A DNA stretch of 64,000 bases from NCBI GenBank assembly GCA_041661345.1, contig JBAZUO010000003.1, forward strand, positions 28,719 to 92,718. Reading direction: 5' to 3'. This document shows, piece after piece, positions 49,801 through 57,400 of the stretch. Under the pieces are notes generated by a model. The model was not told the DNA's origin and did no database searches. It saw nothing but the letters and a program-made list of their open reading frames with translations. The first letter of the stretch is position 1. Each line of letters begins with the position of its first letter. Made by a program: the position numbers and the translations under genes. The DNA comes from Candidatus Omnitrophota bacterium (GTDB taxonomy: Bacteria; Omnitrophota; Gorgyraeia; 2-01-FULL-45-10).

Positions 49801-51183
49801 GTTTAATGTGTTATCAACAAGCGCCTTATCGCGCTTTATCGCTATCGAATAAAAATCCTCCAACTGCGGGATACTCTTCGCCACCGCTTCTGTGGGCGGG
49901 GTGATCTCGTATGCAAACCCGTACTGTGTAGTCTTCTTCTTTATGAAGTCGATAAAATATTCGGATGTGAATTCAGCCTTATTCGCCTGGTAATAATCGA
50001 AATCACCGTTCATGAGCTTTATATTGATAAGCCCCAGGAGTATATCGATATGGCGGGAGAGCTTTTCGAGCGTCCTCTGGTCGTCATTGGTAAAAAGTTT
50101 CTCTTTGACAGCGATCTCTATATTTTTCAGGTCCTGGAACAGTTTCTCATTCTCGATCTTGGAGTAGACGGCGTTATATATTATATAGTTGTAGAGATTA
50201 GGATATTTCTTCGAAAGGTCGATGCTGTTAGAGGCGGCGAGGTTTTTCAGGTACGCGTAATATTCGGCGGATGAAATCCTGCCTGATTTAAAAGATATGG
50301 ACAGCGATACTAACTGCTGAAGCTGGTCTTTTGTGATCGCTTTACTAAGCTCATCTATGAGAGCGCTTCTCTCTTTGTCGGTGAGATTAAAATCTATCTT
50401 CTTTTCATATATCAGAACACTAACTAATCTAAAGAAATTATCGTAGCTTCTTAAATTTATCTGATGATGTTCCGCAAGCGCCTGCAGGAACCTTATGTAA
50501 TCATTGAATTGGATCTTCTTCGACTCGTAATCCTGGACCTTCGCGTCAAGGGCCTTGAGCTCTTCACTATATATGTAACCTTTCAGGCGGCTCAAGACCG
50601 TCTTTATCGAATTGAAATATTTTTCAGTTTCGCCCTTCAGGGGGTAACTTGCGGTAAACGCATTTAAATTCTGAATGTAATATGAGCGTGTCTCGGCGCC
50701 AAATAGCTTAAACGGCAGGTCCGTCGTAATCGATAAAAATTCAGGGCCAGTTATCTCGCCCTTTTTCATGAAGTAATCCGCGACCTCTTTTCTCACCTCA
50801 TCGTCCGGGAACGCCTTAAACCACGACGTATCTATAAAGCCGTCCGCGCCTTCTACCGATACCAGGCCAAGATTGTAATTCTTTATTAATCCCTCTACTA
50901 TCTTTACTATATTGGACTGGGCTTCATAATTACAATGGGCATCCTGGATGTGGACTATAAATTTACCGGAATTGCCGGTAAATTTATTCTTTACGAGGCC
51001 AAAATCACGAGGCACAACTACGGAGTCCGGAGTTATAGCAATATCCTGTTTTTTTGCAGAGTCAATGTTGGATTTGGTAGGTAACGCGAACGCTATATTC
51101 GACAGAAGAAAAGCCTGGATGAGTAAAATGGAGATCGTTTTATTTACGATCTTACACCGCCTGGAATGGTCCCAGATCATCAT
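40819..51183 (-). CDS. Giant multidomain protein 2 (3,454 aa): signal/anchor + ChaN/TIKI/TraB-like region + HExxH motif + fucokinase-N-type NDP-sugar pyrophosphorylase-like + phosphohexomutase + PMI-like cupins + unassigned regions
   Basis: Uninterrupted 10.4-kb frame. The N-terminus MMIWDHSRRCKIVNKTISILLIQAFLLSNIAFA is signal-peptide-like. The confidence value is for being a real CDS; the function is unknown. Confidence 0.9.
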   Translation of the reverse strand: MMIWDHSRRCKIVNKTISILLIQAFLLSNIAFALPTKSNIDSAKKQDIAITPDSVVVPRDFGLVKNKFTGNSGKFIVHIQDAHCNYEAQSNIVKIVEGLIKNYNLGLVSVEGADGFIDTSWFKAFPDDEVRKEVADYFMKKGEITGPEFLSITTDLPFKLFGAETRSYYIQNLNAFTASYPLKGETEKYFNSIKTVLSRLKGYIYSEELKALDAKVQDYESKKIQFNDYIRFLQALAEHHQINLRSYDNFFRLVSVLIYEKKIDFNLTDKERSALIDELSKAITKDQLQQLVSLSISFKSGRISSAEYYAYLKNLAASNSIDLSKKYPNLYNYIIYNAVYSKIENEKLFQDLKNIEIAVKEKLFTNDDQRTLEKLSRHIDILLGLINIKLMNGDFDYYQANKAEFTSEYFIDFIKKKTTQYGFAYEITPPTEAVAKSIPQLEDFYSIAIKRDKALVDNTLNAMKKEKQNIAVLVTGGFHSEGIAKLLEKEGVSYMVVCPSITKDVPTPYIEILTNQRTPLENILVGTAHAKEGSVAAQLMTQWIALSPKGLEKLKSEFIPGPDGRTPVDRHLDFRNGWAAIEIDGVKTAAININGIVAHMLKEVGGLKTQNEIEASIIDEINNRCARYRVNSDVRKALVEMVKAEFPSIRERFEKEFTARAAEVAERRNLKARRDGAVQSDESSPGTKAIDGDNLAAKELTYKEARMMDEILRQSFADKTYKIVTAKELGFTELGDFQFVVHYGLEARIEKYNKEHGTNLPTDRVHPGRGGEVFQHGLRQGHISAFRFENLTNAGLKEALRIIGTHELAHIQIANKENSEAYRAALRSPGVDEELIVDRRVPGADTRKAYGWLRGNMTIRQFLANIDEERKRNAVYQIEETVLTDSNYGTAARDEIVRLRNEGKSYEAGEFAKTVYERRNNIDRIKKVLTEPYNGYDVIIISSTTEGEAKDQQAKLEKVFKGVKTSNKDMGNKVCVLSVLDSSEGNNLIGQDNTWVEACKAFKKWARDNNLPETDLAKLQSQKRSKIVTYHNGGKAERFSPAGQALNLSRADQLLVGNIFNKQGEPVELNLLLAVILSTSYNAASNDGTRHDVYWANQIEFGTAPSTERHDYVFNKFAVALPANPDMKDLFDYGTLIATKDGRILKFIGNKRLTMKGPDGKYIPNPDWQAQYNELMEAAREGRAYFDYGSFSMSLDMQNALLEYWRDVKNIFHVMGGDKEGRAGISREIDPHMTQIMVPLVNGIIGKEAMLGKLPSIADLNSVFGSYKNAVLDKAYNALINIMSPEYKAVLEDLHNKAKKELDAGKPDNMNAIYETIEFFIRYKHKVNLSKGFGIIDFGPSSHWFAYKRLLDMGNEKFFMLADLAGTNIALEPNGDATKTQPNVWDKVRAEDARRLRSIKDDAVCVFEVSGHRVTLNAEQVRNGWEGYGVRVRGSIIQGNTVLLPGSVILSSVINNSQGLIQAQNSYVESSTSSMISAYNSIIINALDEKEIPAKKEIVADAYRPVIRDARFQDGHTRMRGPVGYDPKPADKALAAKMSDGVKFGDNAYSFGDIRNLPCGKAANERIFDLARRLAMLKVCSALNRAEYCKTKFKPVKMGTSGLRGNANINDPVNFVLTDLEVYINLRAELRYLCAAKDIQNLNNDYVLSQVIAGALPANDGVFALGGDRRESTVRLCRAIALAALAEGVKVDFQGLTASPVIANYGLNSNNPMTNSEVTASHNPKNENGVKTDRLNGELLKLEEPLLAKYITAVRQEEYAKSWEDSMFDFNGALRGINELADPASADLLRRAGELVLEDPNGSLALSNVKNTKIVSVPKTGTMPSDLKLSPADALYLNRYVEAFGQPLKGKTIICWQQSAVGRDIIPLVFEALGATVIRKDSAEEFASVDTENLSDEVKDRMRRYSKEYEKEIGTKPFAIITFDGDSDRPVFCDENGEFLYGDKLGVLTNIFLGVEFTDLPVTANTNALKLMSKKYGIQVVNTRVGSPYVIEAAMRQEEREIAAGGKLTRKAGFECNGGYILMSDLTMSNGKVLKSLPTRDAFLPMLSAMLLAMQKNMSVSQLIASEFSGEYESYAAAGLVENVPGGKCTPGCEVYKAEMGPAIVASFTPKSPDAARITNIIFEDGKVYYTTEDSEERREAPAELADSAKKITQRLQNYINMLPGLKGVGINRINYLDGVRIYLNNIDGEIVHLRPSGNAAQFRMYAEASTQARANELKDAAKMSGTGVLVHLIQDFAAGTSTTASNAQQKTVQQETTPGIYAVSAFDRQRSNQIKSLVAELKIQLGVSDTALKVLRDELNVIPQDKLEYFITLVQESPAGFLKQILPVVQESQDPVRIAELEMAIEEFSRLSPPQEINAPEIAPLAQKDMDRIMTSILGNYATGDEVVSEMFKYIEEPRYLDALAVVSNELNKRYAAMTQEERNAAWPVFERVYAAMSERALTIKDINVAKGLQIMVGNTIALQNLIDNGIKGAEKITLTTNLAEMLKAPDAVRGPSYINGLSIPGGMVVAIKEGAEGIYWRGAESVSKLGKNGENIIPEAVYAENKDKLDRLVMYTMLHVSGMHTTVFLHNRLPGSIQHISTGRGHFQSDKLDMKRMVRGQMVQFSDIYNTKGEMTANYAQNIGEGEAALSIPGSVDYISPISRIAVFNDVSARLAPAHVLNFNPGLKTNVAGKTIEQVINDNLAIIEHAITHEKPSQAGYTIVSYGKGSPALIKVNEKALDVIQLVPYNDLFEIFGVNSFRQLTDIVTSGSVMIDAFIAQLAIRPRTAKTAGQLKPVEPKDIKDYVKALETLDQIIHSGQPIVQRLFMRLGIDGYTWGNPIVTQKAGAQVLNPILEQLGKATLEEQIETVMNNLTAQQKAAYEKEYNKIPGEKSPFDEWLKEEIKVGEVLAELWEGAGDIDVGTGYLLPVEVLGAFWPNEVYGARHVQEVGIDSGITNKRLASAKTLSIQIHDFVEMIRPLQDGYAYVGLKKSLTRDEFAAAMKAHDRSIFHRVKVEKDKLYVIPAFTIHAYDADNFVSESKDVPASQDSKRTTSFGDWLKLSAEDMAKVAAIVAENIPVEAAKKLIESKLLRENKDLLTMVTKDAANNITGLDQAKIDKILDTLVANGSLNRIEPKDLEFPSILASEEATQNVARAEIMGMTEGFVGGRYTISAGHSVASGALIPPETYHVIFVEKGKVTVTPEKGEPFTAELGKQIPMLAKMGSYTIKAEEDSVVSTSYRPLSAESLVITGFEAIRANLPTVRSNKVHLITTEKAFRRGNEHTPGSWKHERDVLSAISNGMVDVKAIETSSIEKLKDNLKSLVGAEKGVTYVVQLTEDEFDSIKKDSEIDKLLKNTRLMVLPNVKFAENRGIPFIREIESAGVILGNTTEKDIRDKTAMAGWLKTVMSKLTGNKAIDWDMLNALVAAKSPDLISFEQRVDFLLKHLQVKLEPYKADEGVRERRQLLWSV
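41495..42520 (-). other. Domain in giant 2: type I phosphomannose-isomerase-like cupin pair
   Basis: ELWEGAG.., LSIQIHDF (compare LSIQVHPD) and PAFTIHAYDADNFVSE (compare PAGTVHAxGxGxxxxEIQ), then a C-terminal small cupin (YTISAGHSV..YHVIFVEKGKVTV). Confidence 0.5.
44555..46400 (-). other. Domain in giant 2: alpha-D-phosphohexomutase (PGM/PMM-like), complete four-subdomain signature
   Basis: KMGTSGLRG, TASHNPKNENG (phosphoserine loop), FDGDSDRP (Mg loop), LPTRDAFLP and RPSGNAAQFRMYAEAS. It belongs to the same unusual subfamily as the stand-alone gene 23147..24778. Confidence 0.85.
46715..48390 (-). other. Domain in giant 2: L-fucokinase N-terminal-type (GDP-sugar pyrophosphorylase-like) nucleotidyltransferase + hexapeptide beta-helix
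   Basis: YDVIIISSTTEGEAKDQQAKLEKVF (compare the WDxIVLTAxxxxQAxxYxxQL pattern) and TYHNGGKAERFSPAGQALNLS (compare hSGGxSxRLP). It is followed by the Ile/Val/Ser-rich hexapeptide-like stretch GSIIQGNTVLLPGSVILSSVINNSQGLIQAQNSYVESS. Confidence 0.5.
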
Positions 51184-51289
51184 TTTATAAGCCTCCGAAT
51201 TTTTTATACATACTTTGTAAAACGACTGAATTATCCAGATTATAAAAATCCCTCTCGCGCTATATTAAATATAGCGTTAAGGTACTAAA

Positions 51290-51318
51290 AGTATAGCTTA
51301 TATTTATTACTTAGTCAA
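51290..51318 (-). promoter_or_regulatory. Sigma70-type promoter candidate TTGACT-17 nt-TATACT upstream of giant ORF 2
   Basis: Minus-strand reading: TTGACT (51318-51313), a 17-nt spacer, then TATACT (51295-51290), about 105 nt upstream of ATG 51183 in an AT-rich 268-bp gap. Confidence 0.5.
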
Positions 51319-51413
51319 TGGTACAATTCTTACTTTTTTATAGTCTAACGGTAGCCTATCCTCGCCTTGTATGAAGCCGCTTGGCGGGGCCCATACACGG
51401 CGAAGATAAGCCA

Positions 51414-51442
51414 TCTAACCTGGTTAAACTAACCAGGTTAGA
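51414..51442. other. Perfect 13-bp inverted repeat TCTAACCTGGTTA-AAC-TAACCAGGTTAGA
   Basis: Lies 9 nt downstream of the giant ORF 3 stop codon (51452-51454). No clean U-tract follows, so it could be a weak terminator, an RNA stabiliser or a dimeric-protein binding site. Confidence 0.6.
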
Positions 51443-51451
51443 CTAAATTCA

Positions 51452-54400
51452 TTATGCTGCGGCGGCGAGCAGTATCATCGCGTCGCGATACGCACCGATC
51501 TCTTTATTGTAGTCATACGGCACTATCGGAGATGTGAATACGATCCTGCCACGTTCGTCTATCTTAAGGCCTGGGATTGCCAGGCCTTCGAGTGTCATCG
51601 TTCCCTTCAACTTGGTAACGACTTCCAATGTGATTTCGTATGTGTTGATCGAAACGTAGACCTGTTCGCCATTTATGGTTACAGGTTTTATCTCTATGAA
51701 TTTCCCGAGAACCGGGCCCTGGCCGGCATTCATAAGCTCGTTATCATTCGCCCTTATACCTATGTCATTGTAGAGATCGAGAGTCGTTCCAAACCTCTTA
51801 TATACCTCACTTTGTATTTCCATCACGATATCATTACGCGCCTTCGTTCCATTTTTGCTGTCGATAAATACGATGGATTTCATCACCTCATCGATACTTC
51901 CTTCATTAAGGCCCTGAACCCGCAGGCCTGCCCTGGCAAACGCGGTGGCATCTTCAAGAGTCTTAATCTTATTGCCGTAGATGATCGGGCTAACGATACC
52001 CTGCTTGGAAGCCTTGATGATTTTATCGAATAGATAGATGTCATTCTCGGCTATTGTATCGGTAGTGCCTACCGCAACCTGATTATTGAACTGACCTTCA
52101 GACGGGGCCATCGCGCTATATGCCCTGGCGAGCCTTGTCTGCTGTTCGCGTAAGAGCACGGGAAGTATCGCGTTTATTCTTTTCGTATATCTCGACATTC
52201 TCTCGCCTTTGGACAAGAGCCTCTGCTTGGCTGTGTCAATATCGAATTTATCCATGAGATCAAGTTTCTTCTTCAGGAAATTAACGAATCTGCGCAGTTT
52301 CTCACCGTTCTTGTCTGCTGCAATCGTTTGAATCGCTTCCACATATAATTTGAAATCGGGGTTCTTTATATCGGCTATCCTGATATTGCCGTTTATAACG
52401 ATGCCGGGCGTGCGGCGAGCCGTCTCCGCTTTGAATAATTCCTCATTTGTAAATACTTTGGCCGATGAGCCGAGAGATTCACCGAGAGCCTGCCTTACAT
52501 CCTCAGCGCCCTCCGGAATCAGAATCGCTATCGACGGCGGTGCCTTAGGCTGGGCGCGCTTGCCAAGAGCTTCTTCGATCGGCGCGGTGCTGTCGATTAA
52601 AATTTGCCTGATCAACTCCGGATCGTCCTTCAATGCATTGAACAATTTTTCTGTATCGCATATGATGTAACCTGCATGTTCAGCAGCAGCCAAGCCAGCC
52701 TGGCTTTCATTGTCTATCTCGATTAATGAAGCAGGTTTCTCTGTACGAACCGCTTCTATGGCAAACGCGAATTGTCCATTAATTAATGTGAAATTTATGC
52801 TCGGAATAAGCGATTTTGCTGAAATGGCCTGTGTATCTTTCAGCACAATCTCACCGATCTTCGATAAGTCGCTTCCTATAATAAACTTGGCAGGAAACGC
52901 CCTATTAGTACTATATTCAACCTTAACCCGATCAGTGCTCTCCTCTAGTGAATGCCTATTATTTAGAACACCGTTTTGATAGTTTTCCCAAATAGTACTC
53001 GTTTTTTTGAATACCTGCCAGTGATAATGGATATGCGCGAGGCTTTTTCTTTCCGGATTGAGCGAATTAAATATAGCCTCATACCTTTCGCCTTTTTGCT
53101 CCATGAATTTGGCGATATCCTCTATCTGATCCTGACTGGTTATGACTTGCGGCCGCGGCTGGGTGCTGACGAATAATTCATGATCTTCGGCAAAATGTGA
53201 TTTTGGCGGAACAACGAAATATTTTTCCGTTCCATGCTTTTCCTTACACAACGGGCACAGAGATTCATTATGGTTTAATGGCAAAGCCTGCGGCGATCCA
53301 GCCATTAATTCCTGAAGCTGTTTTGCAGCGGCTGCTTTATACTGGCCTCTGCAGGGAAGAAACGCTAATTTGAACTTCAGACCGTCTGTTAATGTGACAT
53401 CTTTGCATATAGGCGGCGCCTGAGGACGAGCCGGTGATGCAAACTCAGCGGCGTTGAGCGGGCTGCGACTGTAAGCGACTGCAGCGCCAAACTGGCTATT
53501 CACTATAATGCCCTCAGCGGCGTTCAGAGCGGCCTGTAAAGACGGGACTGAGGCGAACTTCCTGTTAGTTAGAAAAGAGAGCGTATCTTCCGGAGCTTCG
53601 AATTGGGGCTTTCCCAATCTTTCCAATATAGCTGCGCTGTTCTTTTTATAATAATTATTTCCGAATTCGAAAGAATCGGATATTGCAAGGCACGCATACA
53701 GGTCTCTTCTTTCCTTAGACCATCCTGCAATTTCCTTTTCTGAAGGTACTGTCATATGGCGCGATATCACGAATCTTACATCGTCCGGTAATTTAACTCC
53801 GGCATTATCAAGGATCCTTAATGAATTATTACCGTGATCCATAACCGGGACAAGCCGCGCCTGCGCCGGCGTAAGCAGAACACCTTTACGCGAGAATTCA
53901 TCGACTACATCCTGCGGATTCCTGCCCATATATTGGACGGAATTATCTCTTGCCAATTTAAGTAAGCTTGATTCCACATCCGTGTCGGGTTCGTAGCCTA
54001 ACATACCCCCTATGTCATGCGCAAAACAGACGACACGCAGATTATTCATGAATTCGCTGTCTTCGGCATATCCGAGTTCGAGTGCTATCGGCCTTGCATA
54101 ATTCCAATCGGCTACAGAATGTTTCTTGAGCTCATTATATTTTGGATTTGCAAATCCGAGGATCTCGGTACTGCTCATGGCGAGAATGTTTCGCGCGGCC
54201 GGCAACGCCGGAGATTTAGGTTGCGGCTGGGAAGATTTACCAAAAATTAGAAGCGATGTCAACCGGTCTCTTCCCATAAATGACGGCACTACAAAATTAC
54301 CGCCTATATTCATCATCGCATCACCGCCGCTATCTAAAGCAATAGCGCTGACGACGCCCATATTTTCCAGCTCCGACTGAGCCTCCTTAAATGTGATGCC

Positions 54401-57400
54401 TACCTTGTTGGACTTCCCGGCGACAACCATCGAAAAAACAAGATTTCCGTCGGCATCTATACCGCATATATTGTGCGGATTTATCCCGCGCATAAATCCT
54501 ATCTTGATCAAGCCTTTGGATATATAGTATGTGCCATACGCAACGTCCGCGTCGCTCTTGGCAGGCTTATAGCCTTTTTCAGTCAGCCCGGTTCTTAATT
54601 CTTCGATCTGATCTTCTGAAAGAGGCGCTTTATTCATCTCAAGATTCAAAGTGATGGGCCTGCTTACCGCGCAGACAAGGAACCCCGGAATTAGAGAGCC
54701 GTCGTCGGCGTAAAATTGACTTACTCCGAAATGGGTATTAAATGATGGCATAAAAGGAAAATCTAGATAGTTCCTGACTTCATAATGCTGCCTATAGTTA
54801 TCCTCTACAGAATAAGGCATAGCATTGCCGTTCCCATCCGACTTGAGTAGGCCTATACCGGAATTGGTGAAGATCACATCTTCTGTTATGTTTTTGCCGG
54901 TAGAAACCTGAGTTACCTTTTCATCCGGCGTAAACGAGACTTCCTCTATGCTGTAACGGCCGTCTTTCCACATAATGAGCGAGGGATATTTTCCGCTCTC
55001 TCCGCTATGGATAAGATTCCTTTCCTGCTCGATGGCATAAAGCCGCCCGCCGACATATGAAGCAAGGCCGGGGTTCGCGAGAATATTCCCATTCCCTACA
55101 AAGCCGAGCACTTCCACGTCCGGGTGGTCTTTCCTAAATTCGGCAAGATGCCGTTCTATGGTCCATACATCTTTTCTTACATTTTTGAAGTCGGGCGCGA
55201 CATCATTCACATCCTGGAATTCCCCGTTTTCCAACCGGTACCCGAAATGCATGGGCACCCTGTCCCTTTGCATGCCCCGGCTTTCGGCCAGATTTTTCTG
55301 GAAAACCGGATAGATGGTAACCTCGTCTGTCCTGATCCCAGCCACAGCCATCGTCGTCGACGGCCCACGTTCGCTCGTGAATGGTTTTACGGCTACCGTT
55401 ATCGGCGGCGCCGTGGGCTGAATCTCCGGCCGAACCTCAATAGGAGCCAGCAGATTCATAATATAATCTATAAAAAGTAACGGGATATTGTAGACAGCCC
55501 TAAGGTTGAATATGCTGAGCCAGCCGCTTTCGGCGTACGTCGCGCCAAGTTCTTCGGCGCCATTTAAATGGGCGTATTCATGACGGAGTATTCTCTTAAG
55601 AGTTTTTTCGTTTCCGGGCCATAGTAAGGATGGGGCTATCGAAATGGTTCTATTTATTCTATCGCTCGTGGCGATCTTGGGCGGAGAAGTCTTGAATAAT
55701 TCCATAAAAGCATCGAAAGGATTGTCGGGCATTTCTTCGGCGGTCCATATCAGAGATTTTACACTATCGATATTTATATCTATACCTTCTTTTTTATAAA
55801 GCTCGCTCAGCGCAAGCTTTAATGAATTATATTCTATGGAATACCAATCGCCATTGCGAAGGCCTTCCCTATTGGCCTTGATATTGATTATGCTCAACCT
55901 TGCCGCGGCGTGCTTCTTTCCTGCCAGGTAAAATCCTGTAAGCGACAGCCCCAGGCCTGCGCCCAGAGATAGCCATGGATTAATATGCGCAACGGCGAGA
56001 TAATTCAGTATAGCTATAGTGCCCAGGCTTATCAAACTTCCGACCAACCAACCACCTGTAAATATGCCGATAGGCTTGACCGGCTCAAGATTATGGCTTG
56101 TAGAAGTCGAAGGCGCCTTCTTGTCAACATTGATCTTGAACTCATTTTCATCAAACTCAAACCCAATACCTATCGCCCCCATCGATTCTGTTATAAAATT
56201 ACGCAGGGTATTTATCTCGCCTTCGCCGGTCGCTTCTGTCATATCCCAATCGCGCACCTGCTTCCTTATTATGGCGACATAAGCGCCATATTCAGCTTCT
56301 ATCAGTACGGTCAATCTTTGTGCTTCTTTTCCGTTGATACCATTCGGAGATTTGGCAAAATACGCAAGGTCATCCAAATGACCTTTCAGGAGGCCCTTCT
56401 CTTTTATTTCGCCTTGCTCCTCAAAAGACGCAAATATCTCCTTATAACAATCATACTGGCTGAATACGTCCTCAAGCCTCGCCCGTAACGCCTGCGTAAG
56501 TTTTACCGGATCATCGCCGGCGGCTTCGATATCTGCCCGCACATCTTGTGGCAATTCGGGAAACGGCAGCACTTTCTGATCCAACATACCCCACTTCAGT
56601 TTATCGGCCATAGTCGGTGCTTCGATAAACTTGCGGCCGGCAAAAGCATCATAATATGGTGTGATATACCGCGCCCTTACCTCCGGCAGTTCCTGATATT
56701 TATACAGGTAATCCCTGCGGGCGCCTACCAGCATGATGGCCCATATAGCTACTGTAAAAACTAGCGTCTTTATGATAAATCTGCTGAATTCTATGAAACT
56801 GAATCGTCTTAAAGGCCTGTTGTCCTTTATCTCGCCTGACGTGTCACCGTAGTTATATCTATGCGTCCATCGTAACCCAAATATCACAACCTCCCCGACG
56901 TCCTCGCCTTCGGCGCCGTGTGCGGTCTTGGACCAATAGTGAGCAAGGCCACAAACCATCTCCTTCAGTCCTATCCATGCGCCTATTATCAGACTCTGCA
57001 TATATATGACGTTGAAAACCGCAGCCGCTGAAATAGAGACCTTTTTTGCGGTAATGGGGCTAGCTTTCCCCGCAATCGTAATTAACACGGAAATCGCTAT
57101 GAAACTCAAGGCAATATATTTTGGCGGTACAAAACCGGGATAGAACAGATTAATCATGATAGCGGGTATAGCCAGAGCCAGCGCCAAATAAGCATAGGTA
57201 GCCATATCGAGAACACCAGTGCGGATATTTCCGGCGTCTCTCTCAAGCGATTCGGCATGAGATATAACAACGTCACTCCTGTCAACAATACATCTCTTCA
57301 ACGAGTTTCTCAAAATCGGTACCTGGGTCACGGCGGCTTCGTCGTCATGGCTCCTCAAATACCTGACCATAGCATCCAATCGCGCTTCATCCGTATTAAG

